A stretch of 64,000 nucleotides of DNA from an uncultured delta proteobacterium (GCA_963803435.1 CAWDML010000001.1:1-64000); one strand, 5' to 3'. Positions 48,059 through 57,986 are shown, counted from the first letter of the stretch. Notes: generated from the letters alone by a model not told the origin. Numbers and translations are program-made.

Positions 48059-49312
48059 TCAGAGCACGAAGGGATCCCAGGCGTTGTCGCGGCGCTCGAT
48101 CGTCCGCACGTCCTCGGTCGTGCAGCGCGAGGACCCTCCGGCGATCTCGTCGACCGTGATCCGATAGGCGCCGTACGGCAGGTCGACCAGCGGGAGGTGA
48201 TCGTCCGGCGGCTCGATCGTCGTCTCCAGCAGCGGGGTGGTCACGCCGTCGCGGCGCACGCGCACCGCGTAGCGATCGACCGTCGCCGTGCACGTGCTCG
48301 ACTGGACCTCGACCGACACGGTGGCGCTCCCCACCGGCACGAGCGTCAGGATCCCGGTGGAGTGATCGTCGGCGGGCATCGTGAAGCGCTGGATGCCTTT
48401 GAAGCGCGCGTCGGCCTCGGCCAGCAGCTCCAGCTCGAGCTGGCGGCCCTGGGTGAAACGGGCGGAGCGGAACGCGTACGGGCGCTCCTCCATGCACGCG
48501 AAGGTCTCGGTGACCGGAGCGCCGCCCTCGAGGTTGCGGATCGTCGCTCGCACGTCGGTCGCGTGGACGCCCGGATCATCGCAGAGCCGCGTCGTCCCTG
48601 CGGCCACCTGGAAGTCGAAGTCGATGAACACGCGGCTGCCGAGCGGCGTGAGGACCGCCGTGTGCTCGTTGAGCCCGCGATCGAGCGTACGCTGGGCCGT
48701 GGCGGTGAAGAGCGGGAAACCTTCGGCCGAGCTCGCCGCCACCTGGATCGCATAGCTCTGAAGCGAGAAGGGCTGCTGGATCTGCACCGGCGTGTCCTGG
48801 CAGGAGAACCGGCCGTTGTACGGATCGCCTGCGCCGGCCGCGACGATGACGTCGATCGAGGCCACCTCGGCGCAGGGTGCCAGCATCTCGCTGCCGAAGG
48901 TCCATCCCAGGTCCAGGAACGCGACCTCCGGCTCGAGCGAGAGCGATACCGCCTCGTGGGGGAGCGTCAGGTTCGTCCGCGCCTTGTAGAGGACCGCGGC
49001 CGAATCTCCCTGCAGCACACCGAGCGCTGCGACCTGGAGGACGTACTCCCCGGCCTCGACGTCCTCCGCCGTGAAGGTTCCGGTGCAAGTGGACTTGCGG
49101 GGCCAGCCCGCGCGCGGCGTGATCCCATTCGCGGCGAACAGCGTCACCTCAATCTCGCGCACCTCGTTCGCGTCGGTACAGGCGACGCTCGCGCCGCGCT
49201 TGAGGAGCTCGTACTCGACCTGGAGCCCGCCGCCGTCGACGGCGTTGTCCGCTCCGCACCCCAGGCAGAGGAGAGGAAGGAGCAAGGACGACCTGAGTCC
49301 CACACGCACCAT
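48059..49312 (-). CDS. Lipoprotein with repeated beta-sandwich modules
   Basis: LCLGC lipobox; repeated C....V..I.V.....F.C modules. Confidence 0.7.
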   Translation of the reverse strand: MVRVGLRSSLLLPLLCLGCGADNAVDGGGLQVEYELLKRGASVACTDANEVREIEVTLFAANGITPRAGWPRKSTCTGTFTAEDVEAGEYVLQVAALGVLQGDSAAVLYKARTNLTLPHEAVSLSLEPEVAFLDLGWTFGSEMLAPCAEVASIDVIVAAGAGDPYNGRFSCQDTPVQIQQPFSLQSYAIQVAASSAEGFPLFTATAQRTLDRGLNEHTAVLTPLGSRVFIDFDFQVAAGTTRLCDDPGVHATDVRATIRNLEGGAPVTETFACMEERPYAFRSARFTQGRQLELELLAEADARFKGIQRFTMPADDHSTGILTLVPVGSATVSVEVQSSTCTATVDRYAVRVRRDGVTTPLLETTIEPPDDHLPLVDLPYGAYRITVDEIAGGSSRCTTEDVRTIERRDNAWDPFVL

Positions 49313-49330
49313 CGAATCGACGAAGGAGCG

Positions 49331-49346
49331 TGCAACAGCGAGGCCA
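49331..49346 (-). promoter_or_regulatory. Probable sigma54 promoter
   Basis: Minus strand TGGCCT-CGCTG-TTGCA (GG-N10-GC) just upstream of the lipoprotein. Confidence 0.55.
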
Positions 49347-49415
49347 TGGGCGCAACTTCCCCTCGGGGAGGCGGCCGGCGGCCGATCCGGACGAGGTTGT
49401 CAGGGTAGTGGCGCC

Positions 49416-50204
49416 ATGTTACCCGCGTTCCTCATCATGTCGGCCGGTTCGCCCGAGACGATCCATGTCGTCTTGACGACGTGGGACGCAATCCTCGCCC
49501 AGACCGGGCCTGCGGGCCCCATTCCCGCGCCGGGGGCCACGGACATCGCGCTCTGGGACACGGTCACGTCGTCCGGGCCGATCAGCTTCGCCGCCCTCAT
49601 GCTGCTCTGCTTCTTCTCGGTGGTGAGCTGGGCGATCATGGTCCACAAGTACTTCGTGCTCCGCCGGGCGAGCCGCCAGTCGGATCGCTTCCTGGACGCC
49701 TTCTGGGAGGCGAAGCGGCTCGATCAGATGTACCAGCAGTCCGAGCACTTCGGGGGCTCGCCGCTCGCCCAGGTCTTCCGCGCCGGCTACATCGAGCTGG
49801 CGCGCCTGAAGAAGCGATCGGGCGAGGACGAGCTGGGCGGTGGCATCGAGAACGTGGAGCGCGCGCTGCGCCGCAGCCAGAACTCCGAGATGACCGCGCT
49901 CGAGAGCTTGACCTCGTTCCTCGCCACCGTCGGATCCACCGCGCCCTTCGTGGGGCTGTTCGGTACCGTCTGGGGCATCATGAAGGCCTTCCAGGACATC
50001 GGGCACATGGGCTCGGCCAACCTGGCGACGGTCGCCCCCGGCATCTCCGAGGCCCTGATCGCGACGGCCGCCGGCCTGGCCGCGGCGATTCCTGCGGTGA
50101 TCGCGTACAACTACTTCCTTTCCAAGATCCGGGTGCTCGAGTCGGAAATGGACGGATTCTCTTCGGATTTTCTCAACATCGTGAAGCGCCACTTCTTCCG
50201 GTAG
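49416..50204 (+). CDS. tolQ: Tol-Pal system protein TolQ
   Basis: SVVSWAIM, FLATVGSTAPFVGLFGTVWGIM, VAPGISEALIATAAGL; start uncertain. Confidence 0.93.
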   Translation: MLPAFLIMSAGSPETIHVVLTTWDAILAQTGPAGPIPAPGATDIALWDTVTSSGPISFAALMLLCFFSVVSWAIMVHKYFVLRRASRQSDRFLDAFWEAKRLDQMYQQSEHFGGSPLAQVFRAGYIELARLKKRSGEDELGGGIENVERALRRSQNSEMTALESLTSFLATVGSTAPFVGLFGTVWGIMKAFQDIGHMGSANLATVAPGISEALIATAAGLAAAIPAVIAYNYFLSKIRVLESEMDGFSSDFLNIVKRHFFR

Positions 50205-50242
50205 ACCGGAGTCGTGGCCTGATCGTGTTAAGGAGATAGAGC

Positions 50243-50680
50243 ATGGGCATGTCGACGGGCGGTGGCCGCGGAAAGGCCGTCAGCGACATCAACGTGACGC
50301 CGCTGGTCGACGTCATGCTCGTCCTCCTGATCATCTTCATGGTCACCGCGCCGCTCATCACGCAGGGGGTCGACGTCCAGCTCCCCAAGACCAAGGCGCA
50401 GCCCCTCGAGGGGACGGACAAGAAGTCGGTCCTCACCATCACCAAGGACCAGAAGATCTTCATCGGGACCAACGCCGACAACGCGATCCCGTTCGATCAG
50501 CTGGTCGACAAGCTGAAGCACAACGAGAAGATCCAGTCCGAGAAGGAGCTGTACCTCCACGCCGACGAGAAGCTCGAGTACGGCTTCGTCGTGAAGGTGA
50601 TGGCGAAGATCCGCGAGGCCGGGATCGAGAAGCTCGGCATGGTCACCGATCCGCTGGAGAGCGAGCCGGCGAAGCCATGA
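50243..50680 (+). CDS. tolR: Tol-Pal system protein TolR
   Basis: INVTPLVDVMLVLLIIFMVTAP, AD..L.YG.VV.VM; AAGGAG RBS. Confidence 0.93.
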   Translation: MGMSTGGGRGKAVSDINVTPLVDVMLVLLIIFMVTAPLITQGVDVQLPKTKAQPLEGTDKKSVLTITKDQKIFIGTNADNAIPFDQLVDKLKHNEKIQSEKELYLHADEKLEYGFVVKVMAKIREAGIEKLGMVTDPLESEPAKP

Positions 50681-51429
50681 CCGGAGCCGTTAGCAGCCGG
50701 GTCCGTACAGCGGCGCTCAATCGAGGGTTCGCGCCGGTCATGGTGTTCTCGGTGCTCCTCCACGGCGGCGCGCTCGGGGGCGTGGTCTACGCCCAGTACC
50801 ACCACGGACCGCGCGGCCCGGTGATCAACTCGATCCCGGTGGAGCTGGTGAAGCTGGGCAAGCCCCGCGATCCCAACCTGCTCCCGCGGATCACCCAACC
50901 CGCCGTGGCCCCGCCGCCCCCGGACGACGGGGTGGCGCTCGACGTCGCGAACAAAGACAAGACGCCGACGAAGCCGAAGGATCGGCCCAAGCCCAAAGAT
51001 CCGCAGCTCTCTGATGCCGCCAAGCGCCTGCTCGACTCGGCCCGCGACGCCGATCTGGACCGCGCGATCAACAAGATCGACGAGGACGAGGGCGCAGAGA
51101 ACGGCTCCATCTACGGCACCACCACGGACGCCACCAACGCCGCCTCGGGCTATCTGGCCCAGGTCTCGGAGGTGCTGCACAAGAACTACAAGCTCCCGGC
51201 GACCATCAGCGAGTCGGAGCGGCGCTTCCTGAGCGCCGACGTGGTCCTGTACATCGAGCGTGACGGAACGATCTCGAACTACGAGTTCGTGCAAGCTCCG
51301 ACCAACGAGGCGTTCAAGCGGGCCCTGGATCTCCTGTTGAAGACCGTGAAGCTGCCCCCGCCGCCCGGCTGGCTCGCCAATGAGTACGCAAAGACCGGGC
51401 TCGGCGTGCGGTTCAAGCCCGATGGGTGA
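50677..51429 (+). CDS. tolA: TolA/TonB-like energy transducer
   Basis: S.LLH TM motif, Pro/Lys linker, TonB-C-like domain; position between tolR and tolB. Confidence 0.75.
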   Translation: MTGAVSSRVRTAALNRGFAPVMVFSVLLHGGALGGVVYAQYHHGPRGPVINSIPVELVKLGKPRDPNLLPRITQPAVAPPPPDDGVALDVANKDKTPTKPKDRPKPKDPQLSDAAKRLLDSARDADLDRAINKIDEDEGAENGSIYGTTTDATNAASGYLAQVSEVLHKNYKLPATISESERRFLSADVVLYIERDGTISNYEFVQAPTNEAFKRALDLLLKTVKLPPPPGWLANEYAKTGLGVRFKPDG

Positions 51430-51487
51430 GCGCGATCAACTCACCTTGCGAACAGACCTCACATCGCGGCATAAGACCACCCGAGCC

Positions 51488-52807
51488 GTGCGAAGACTCT
51501 CAGCCCTCATCCTGATTCTCGTCGCGCAGCTGGCGGCGCCCGCGATCGCCCAGCCGACGCCGGCCACCCGCTCGGTCATCGAGATCGGGAGCCCGGATTT
51601 TCGTCCCTACCCGATCGCGGTGCCAGACGCGCGCGACATGTCGGGCAAGACGCCGTCACCACCCGCGAGCGAGATCAGCGACGCCCTCCGCTGGGACTTC
51701 ACCATGGCAGCGACCTTCAAGGTGCTGGACCCGAAGGGCTACCTCGCCGATCCGCTCAAGGAGGGTCTCGCGGCGGCCTCGATCAAGTTCTCCGACTGGG
51801 TGAACGTCGGCGCCGAGGGCCTGATCAAGTGCGGCGTCACGGTGAACGGCACGACGCTCAAGGCGGACTTCCGCTTCTTCGACGTGGCCAGCGGTCGCCA
51901 GCTCCTTCAGAAGACGTACACCGGCAAGACCGAGGATGCGCGGCGCTTCGCCCACACCTTCGCCGACGCCGTGGTCGAGCAGCTGACCGGACAGAAAGGC
52001 ATCTTTCGCACCCGGATCGCGGCGGTGAAGAAGACGAAGAACGGTCGCGAGCTCTACGTGATGGATCTGGACGGCCGGGGCATGCACGCCCTCACCGACA
52101 ACGGATCGATCAACCTGTTGCCGGCGTGGTCGCGGGACGGGCAGCTGGTCATCTTCACCAGCTACATTCGCCACAACCCGAACCTCTACTCGATTCCGGT
52201 GACCGGGGGCCCGCCGAAGCTCCTGTCCGGCGAGCGCGGTCTCAACACCGGCGGGTGCGTGTCGCCCGACGGCAAGCGGGTGGCGCTGACGCTGTCAAAG
52301 GACGGCAACAGCGAGATCTATCTGATGAACGCGGACGGCACGAGCCTCAAGCGGCTGACCAACGAGTGGGCGATCGACTCCTCGCCCTCCTGGTCACCCG
52401 ACGGCTCGCGCATCGCCTTCGTCTCCTCGCGCTGGGGGGATCCGCACATCTTCGTGATGGGCTCGGACGGCTCGAACGTGAAGCGGATTACCGATCGCGG
52501 CACGTACAACCAGACCCCCGACTGGTCGCCCCGAGGAGACCTGATCGCATTCACCGCCCGCGACGAGCGGAACGTCTTCGACATCTTCACGGTGAATCCG
52601 GAGACGAAAGAGATCAAACGACTCACGCAGGACCAGGGGAACAACGAGGAACCGAGCTTCTCCCCCGACGGGAACCACATCGTCTTCACGTCGACGCGCG
52701 AGGGCCGGCAGCAGATCTGGGTGATGGCCTTGGACGGCTCGAACCAGATCCGCATCTCGAAGAAGGGCGGTTTCTCGACGCCCGTCTGGTCGCCGTACCT
52801 GCATTGA
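51488..52807 (+). CDS. tolB: Tol-Pal beta-propeller protein TolB
   Basis: Signal peptide, PIAVP, AH.FAD, G..GIF.TRIA, PD40 repeats (P.WSPDG). Confidence 0.93.
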   Translation: MRRLSALILILVAQLAAPAIAQPTPATRSVIEIGSPDFRPYPIAVPDARDMSGKTPSPPASEISDALRWDFTMAATFKVLDPKGYLADPLKEGLAAASIKFSDWVNVGAEGLIKCGVTVNGTTLKADFRFFDVASGRQLLQKTYTGKTEDARRFAHTFADAVVEQLTGQKGIFRTRIAAVKKTKNGRELYVMDLDGRGMHALTDNGSINLLPAWSRDGQLVIFTSYIRHNPNLYSIPVTGGPPKLLSGERGLNTGGCVSPDGKRVALTLSKDGNSEIYLMNADGTSLKRLTNEWAIDSSPSWSPDGSRIAFVSSRWGDPHIFVMGSDGSNVKRITDRGTYNQTPDWSPRGDLIAFTARDERNVFDIFTVNPETKEIKRLTQDQGNNEEPSFSPDGNHIVFTSTREGRQQIWVMALDGSNQIRISKKGGFSTPVWSPYLH

Positions 52808-52825
52808 AGTAAGGCAACCGAAGCC

Positions 52826-53530
52826 GTGGAGGAGACCTTGCGGACCACGTTCTACGTTCTGTCGGTGGCGATGGCGGTTGCCCTCGCCGGCTGTCCCAAG
52901 AAGACGGCCCAGATGGATCTCGATCTGGCGAAGAAGGCCGTCGACGACGCGCGCGCCGCCAAGGCGAACGACTGCGCGAAGGAGACGTTCACCGCGGCCG
53001 AGACGGCGCTGGCGGAGGCCCAGCAGCTGGAGAAAGACGGCGAGGCCGACAAGGCGAAGGAGAAGGCCAATCAGGCCAAGACCCTCGCCGAGCAAGCGCT
53101 GGCGGCCTCGCCGCAGGGCTGCGACCAGGCCAAGACCGACGAGAAGGACGAGAAGAATCCGGCGACCAACGCCTCGGCCATCACCAACATCAACCTCGAC
53201 GACGTGCTCGAGACCATCTACTTCGACTACAACGACGCGGCGATCCGCGAGGACAGCAAGGCCGTGCTATCGAAGGTCGCACAGGCCCTCTCGAAGACGC
53301 CCAGCGTGAAGCTGGAGATCGAGGGCCACTGCGACGTCCGGGGCTCGACGGAGTACAACCTCCACTTGGGCGAGCGCCGCGCGCGCAATGTGCAGAAGTA
53401 TCTGGTGACTCAGGGCGTGGCCCCGGACCGGCTGGACGTGATCTCGTACGGCGAGGAGCGGCTCGTGGACTACGGCACCACCGAGGAGGCCCACCAGAAG
53501 AACCGGCGGGCCGAGCTCAAGAAGGAGTGA
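52826..53530 (+). CDS. pal: Peptidoglycan-associated lipoprotein (OmpA-C) with N-terminal helical DUF4398-like domain
   Basis: LAGC lipobox; IYFDYN, IEGHCDVRGSTEYNLHLGERRA, SYGEE, NRRAE. Confidence 0.88.
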   Translation: MEETLRTTFYVLSVAMAVALAGCPKKTAQMDLDLAKKAVDDARAAKANDCAKETFTAAETALAEAQQLEKDGEADKAKEKANQAKTLAEQALAASPQGCDQAKTDEKDEKNPATNASAITNINLDDVLETIYFDYNDAAIREDSKAVLSKVAQALSKTPSVKLEIEGHCDVRGSTEYNLHLGERRARNVQKYLVTQGVAPDRLDVISYGEERLVDYGTTEEAHQKNRRAELKKE

Positions 53531-53539
53531 GGCCGGCGG

Positions 53540-54250
53540 TCAGTCGTCCTGGTAGCGCACGTCGACCGGAGGCAGCCACGACGCCGAGGCGGTGAGCGAC
53601 CTCGCCTCCGCGGGTCCGCGCCCGGCGAGCGTCGAGAGATCGAGGGCCGCCGGCGCCGCCACGATCAGCAGGCGCTTCGGTCCCGAGCCGATGCCGAAGA
53701 AGGTCCGACCGGATCCTTTGAGCAGAAAGACACCCTCGACGCCGGCGTCGACGGCCGCCGGGATGGGGATGAGCGCGCCGTTCTCCACACGAAACACGGC
53801 GACCGCAGCGGCGGGACGGCCCTGGGCGGGCTCGATCTTGATCGCGACCTGGCTGGTGGGGAGAAAGAGGCCGCTGGTGACCGCAGCGTCGCCTCGAAGC
53901 GCGGCGCGGGCGCCCTCCACCGATCCGACCAGCACATAGGATCCGACGGGCTCGGAGTGGGGCGGGCGCAGGAACAGGATGAGGAGCGCCGCTCCGACCG
54001 CGACGGCGCCCACCGCCCGGCCCCATCGGCGCGGCGGCGCCGACCGGATCTCCGCGACCCGATCGCGACAGTACGGACAGTCGCAGAGGTGCCGTTCGAG
54101 ATCCTCCCGGGCCGCGCTGGAGAGCGTGTCGCGCCGATACCCCCGGAGCCGCGCCGGATCGATCGGAGGCTGCGCGACGCAGGCTTCCACGACGGCAGGG
54201 CGTTCCGACCCGAGTGAAAGCAACCGATCCAGATCTTCCGGCGAGTCCAT
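53540..54250 (-). CDS. zf-HC2 membrane anti-sigma factor
   Basis: LERHLCDCPYC (HxxxCxxC), one TM helix, extracytoplasmic C-domain; directly downstream of ECF sigma; ATG 54250 with AGGGG RBS. Confidence 0.8.
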   Translation of the reverse strand: MDSPEDLDRLLSLGSERPAVVEACVAQPPIDPARLRGYRRDTLSSAAREDLERHLCDCPYCRDRVAEIRSAPPRRWGRAVGAVAVGAALLILFLRPPHSEPVGSYVLVGSVEGARAALRGDAAVTSGLFLPTSQVAIKIEPAQGRPAAAVAVFRVENGALIPIPAAVDAGVEGVFLLKGSGRTFFGIGSGPKRLLIVAAPAALDLSTLAGRGPAEARSLTASASWLPPVDVRYQDD

Positions 54251-54267
54251 GACGTCCCCTGTCACTT

Positions 54268-54297
54268 CCTACGAGTCGCCCCAATGTTTTTTTTTCC
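54268..54297 (-). promoter_or_regulatory. Putative ECF promoter motif, copy A
   Basis: Minus strand GG-AAAAAAAAA-CATTGGGGCGA-CTCGTAGG upstream of the anti-sigma gene. Confidence 0.5.
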
Positions 54298-54299
54298 CC

Positions 54300-54881
54300 T
54301 CACCCCTGGTTTTTCTGAAAGTCGAGGGCATGCACCTTGATCTTGTGCTTCCAGTTCGCGACGACCTGCTTGGAAACGCACATGATCTCAGCGGCTTCAT
54401 CCTCGCTTCGACGGTCGTCGTACAAGAGCCTCAAAACGAGCTGGCCCTTCACCGGCAGCACCGACAGCAGGTACGCGCGCAGGCGCAACGCCTGCTCTTT
54501 GGCCTCGACCCGCTGCTCTGGACCCGGCGCTGTATCCTGCACCGTATGGAGATCGGGGAAATGCGCCACAGTCTCCTCACGTGAAGGACGGCGGATCAGC
54601 TCCACGATCTCGTTTTCAGCGATCATTTTCACGAACTGCTCCATGGATCCGCGATCGGGGTCGAAGCTCCTGAGGCGATGACCGTGCTTGTCGAGAAGCC
54701 GGACCCAGACGCGCTGCGCCACGTCGTCCTGGCTGTTGGCGCCGACACCGTGGCCGTTCAGACACTTTCGGACTCGATCCCTGATCCAAGGATCGACGCG
54801 CTCGGCCAACCTGCGCCTCGCTGCCGGCAGGCCCTCGAGGGCCAGCCGAATCAACGTCACGTCGGGGTGGTCCTGCTCCAC
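54300..54881 (-). CDS. ECF RNA polymerase sigma factor
   Basis: Region 2: DDVAQRVWVRL...LRSFDPDRGSMEQFV..IA.N; region 4: LP...QLVL.L.Y....S..EAAEIM.VS...V. Confidence 0.88.
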   Translation of the reverse strand: MEQDHPDVTLIRLALEGLPAARRRLAERVDPWIRDRVRKCLNGHGVGANSQDDVAQRVWVRLLDKHGHRLRSFDPDRGSMEQFVKMIAENEIVELIRRPSREETVAHFPDLHTVQDTAPGPEQRVEAKEQALRLRAYLLSVLPVKGQLVLRLLYDDRRSEDEAAEIMCVSKQVVANWKHKIKVHALDFQKNQG

Positions 54882-54938
54882 GCGTGTCGAGCAAAGTTAG
54901 CGCGCGTACGTAGCCGAAACCAGGCCCTCATTTGGGGG

Positions 54939-57548
54939 ATGGCGGCGACCCTGGCTGGACCCGCCTGCCAGGCGCCGCTCGACGCAGAGCTGAACGGCCG
55001 GCGCCTGACGCTCGAAGAGGGGGGCCGCGCCATCCCGGTCTTCGATCGAGCCCGGAGGCCGGTGATCCGCGTGGCAGGGCCCGGCGGACCGGTCGAGGTG
55101 CGGCTCGAGGGGGGGACTACGCTCCCGGTGCGACTCCGGAGAGCGGAGGGTGCCATCTACGCCTATGTGGACAGCGCGTCCGTCGCGCTCGGCCGCCATG
55201 CGCTGATCGTCTCCCGCGAGGGCCGCGAGCGATCGTTCGATGTTCGCTTCGCGGCGGCCCCGGCCGATATGCCCGAGATCCGCCCCATCGTGGCCGCTCG
55301 GACCGCAGGCGACTTCGACGGCGCGATGGCGCTGGCGGAGGCGGCCCGCTCGTCCGAATCCCGGCTGGTCCGGATCAACGCCGCCATCGAACGGGGTCGC
55401 ATCGCGCTGCGACGCGGGCGACCGCTGGACGCCGCGCGGCTCTGGCAGGAGAGCGCCGAGATCGCGCGCGCCGCAGGATCGCCCACCGAGGCGGTCGAAC
55501 GGCTGCTGTCGGCTGCCTTCGCCGCCCGCGCCGCGCGCCGCTTTGCGATGACCGAGGCGCTCCTGGACCGGGCCGCGACGGCGATCGCCCAGGGCGGTGA
55601 CCTGTTCTCCGAGCACTTCCTTGCGACCGAGCGAGGGGAGCTCGCGAACGATCTGGGTGATCCGCGGCGCGCGCTGGCCGCGCTCGACGAGGCGCTTCGA
55701 ATCGCGCGTCGGCTCGGCGTCGACGACGCTCTCTACAACGTCGAGATGTCGCGCGCGAACTGTCTCGCGGGCCTGGGGCGGTTCGCAGAGGCACTCGAGA
55801 CCTTCCCGGATCCGAACGACTTCCCGCAGCTCGACGCCAGCGATCGCGCGCGCGTGGACACCAACGTCGCCTGGATCGAGATCCGCGCGATCCGGGGCGG
55901 GGTGCTCGACATCGATCTCTCGGACCCCCGCGCGCGGCTCGAACGCGCCATCGAGAGGCTGCGGCGACTGAATGAGCCGTGGCGACTGGCGAACGCCCTG
56001 TGCACGCTGGCGCGAGGCGAGCTGCTGGCCGGCGACGTCGCGCGGGCCGACGCACTCGTGCGGTCGGCGAAGGAGGCCCACCCGCGGATCTTCGCCCAAC
56101 AGGTGCACGACTGCTCGTTCGTCGAGATCGAGATCCGCCTCGCGCGAGGAGACGTCGACGCAGCCGAGAATCTCCTCGCCGCGCTCGAGCCGCGCCTCCG
56201 ACAGGCCGTGCTGATCGACGAGACCGCGATCACCCCCGCGACCCTGCGCGCGAGGATCGCCCGGGCGCGCGGCCGTCCCGAGGCGGTCGACCTCTACCTC
56301 GAGGCCTTCCGACAGGTCGTCGAGATGGCACGACACACCCCGATCCAGGGCGATCGCTCGAGCTACATCTCGGGGAGGACCGAGCTCGTCGACGAGCTGA
56401 TCGACCTGATGGCGACCAAGGGCGATCTCGAGGGGGCGTTCTCGATCGCAGACGCCGATCAGGCCCTGCTGCTGACCGACCTCGACGCCGAGGTTCACAT
56501 GACGCGGCTGGCGCCGCAGGCGAGGCGCGAGTGGGCCGAGCGGCTCGACCGCTACAACGCGCTTCGCGAGCAGCTGCCGAAGGCGCAGGCCGAGTGCGAT
56601 CGGCGACCGTCCGTCGAGGTGCCGGCCTGTCAGGCCCGCGTCGAGGCGCTCCGCAGCCGGATCTCCGCCGCGATCGATCGCGCGTTCGCGGTGATCGACC
56701 GGGACCAACCGGCGACGGCACCGCGGGTCTCGCTCGAAGACGTGACGCGGGCGCTCGGCGCGCACGGCGCCCTGCTCCTGGTCCACGGCGTGAAGGCCCA
56801 GATGCGATCGTTCTGGATCGATCGCCGGGGGATCCGCCTGGAGCGCGGGTCGCCTCCCGTCGATCGCTGGCTCGAAGACGCGGGCGCCGTGGAGCGCCTG
56901 AACGTCGTCGGTCGATACGATCCGATCGGCGCCGAGGGAGGCGATCGGATCGCCGCCCGGGTCGCGGTGGTGATGGTACCTTCGGCCCGCTTCCTCTTCG
57001 CGGCCAGGCCGCTGCCGTCCGGAAACCCGCTGGTCGTCGGCGATCCGAACGGCGACCTGCCCGGTGCCGCCCGCGAGGCCCACGATGTCGACCGCCGCGC
57101 GCTCGTGCTGGTGGGTTCTGCGGCCTCCCGCACCGCCATCCTGAAGGCGCTGGACGGCGCGGTGTTGTTCCACTTCGCCGGTCACGCCCGGATTGTGGGC
57201 AAGTCGCCCTGGGACACGGAGCTGCGCACCGCCGACGGCGTCCTCACCTTGGAGGACCTCCTGGCGGCCCGGCCCCGCACCGGTCTGGTCGTCCTCTCTG
57301 CATGCCAGAGCAGCGGGGACGCCGCCCGCGGGGGCATCGGGCTGCCCCAGGCGTTCCTCCTGGCCGGCGCGCGCGCGGTCCTCGCCACGACCCGCCCGCT
57401 CTCGGACGCCGACGACAGTGACTTCGTGTCGCGCTTCTACGCCGCCGGAGGGCGGACGCATCCGGCGGAGGCCTTCCGGATCGCGATCCGAGCCTCACAA
57501 GCCGCGGGCGATCGGAGCTGGGAGGCGTTTCGCCTGTTCGGCCGTTGA
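54939..57548 (+). CDS. TPR-CHAT (caspase-like) protease
   Basis: Helical TPR-like body; CHAT motifs VGDP.GDLPGA.REA, FHFAGH (His), VVLSAC (Cys), GL..AFL.AGA, W.AF; start uncertain. Confidence 0.88.
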   Translation: MAATLAGPACQAPLDAELNGRRLTLEEGGRAIPVFDRARRPVIRVAGPGGPVEVRLEGGTTLPVRLRRAEGAIYAYVDSASVALGRHALIVSREGRERSFDVRFAAAPADMPEIRPIVAARTAGDFDGAMALAEAARSSESRLVRINAAIERGRIALRRGRPLDAARLWQESAEIARAAGSPTEAVERLLSAAFAARAARRFAMTEALLDRAATAIAQGGDLFSEHFLATERGELANDLGDPRRALAALDEALRIARRLGVDDALYNVEMSRANCLAGLGRFAEALETFPDPNDFPQLDASDRARVDTNVAWIEIRAIRGGVLDIDLSDPRARLERAIERLRRLNEPWRLANALCTLARGELLAGDVARADALVRSAKEAHPRIFAQQVHDCSFVEIEIRLARGDVDAAENLLAALEPRLRQAVLIDETAITPATLRARIARARGRPEAVDLYLEAFRQVVEMARHTPIQGDRSSYISGRTELVDELIDLMATKGDLEGAFSIADADQALLLTDLDAEVHMTRLAPQARREWAERLDRYNALREQLPKAQAECDRRPSVEVPACQARVEALRSRISAAIDRAFAVIDRDQPATAPRVSLEDVTRALGAHGALLLVHGVKAQMRSFWIDRRGIRLERGSPPVDRWLEDAGAVERLNVVGRYDPIGAEGGDRIAARVAVVMVPSARFLFAARPLPSGNPLVVGDPNGDLPGAAREAHDVDRRALVLVGSAASRTAILKALDGAVLFHFAGHARIVGKSPWDTELRTADGVLTLEDLLAARPRTGLVVLSACQSSGDAARGGIGLPQAFLLAGARAVLATTRPLSDADDSDFVSRFYAAGGRTHPAEAFRIAIRASQAAGDRSWEAFRLFGR

Positions 57549-57560
57549 AAAGCCCGCTTC

Positions 57561-57591
57561 GGAAAAAAAAATTGGGCTCCAGCCTCGTAGG
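57561..57591 (+). promoter_or_regulatory. Putative ECF promoter motif, copy B
   Basis: GG-AAAAAAAAA-TTGGGCTCCAGC-CTCGTAGG upstream of the orphan gene at 57621. Confidence 0.5.
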
Positions 57592-57620
57592 GATCCTTGG
57601 GGGGCTCCCGATTGGCATAC

Positions 57621-57986
57621 ATGGCCGTCAAGGAAACGGATCCGGGCTGCGCAGGCTGTATCAGCAGCACCGCCGTCGAGCTCGTGAGCGGTGACCCGTG
57701 CGTCATCAAGCTTCACATGGTCCTGGGATCGTTTCCCGCCAGTAACGATCAGGTGACATCGGCCTCCTTCAGCTACGACGACGGCGACGGCAACTCCACC
57801 GTCGTCAATCTGGCGCCGCCTGTGGGGCCGCCATTGAGCGGCTGGAAGGCCAACAGCAACTTTCTCATTCAGTTCAACGCCCAGGGGTGGCTGACCTCCG
57901 GCGACTTCCCCGACACCACGGCGCGGATCGACGTCGGGACGTATCGCGGCAACAGCACCTACGAGGAGTGGGCGGGGACCACGTGA
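57621..57986 (+). CDS. Small orphan beta-rich protein
   Basis: MAVKETDPGCAGC...; Asn/Ser/Thr/Gly-rich; GTGA overlap with the kinase gene. Confidence 0.6.
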   Translation: MAVKETDPGCAGCISSTAVELVSGDPCVIKLHMVLGSFPASNDQVTSASFSYDDGDGNSTVVNLAPPVGPPLSGWKANSNFLIQFNAQGWLTSGDFPDTTARIDVGTYRGNSTYEEWAGTT

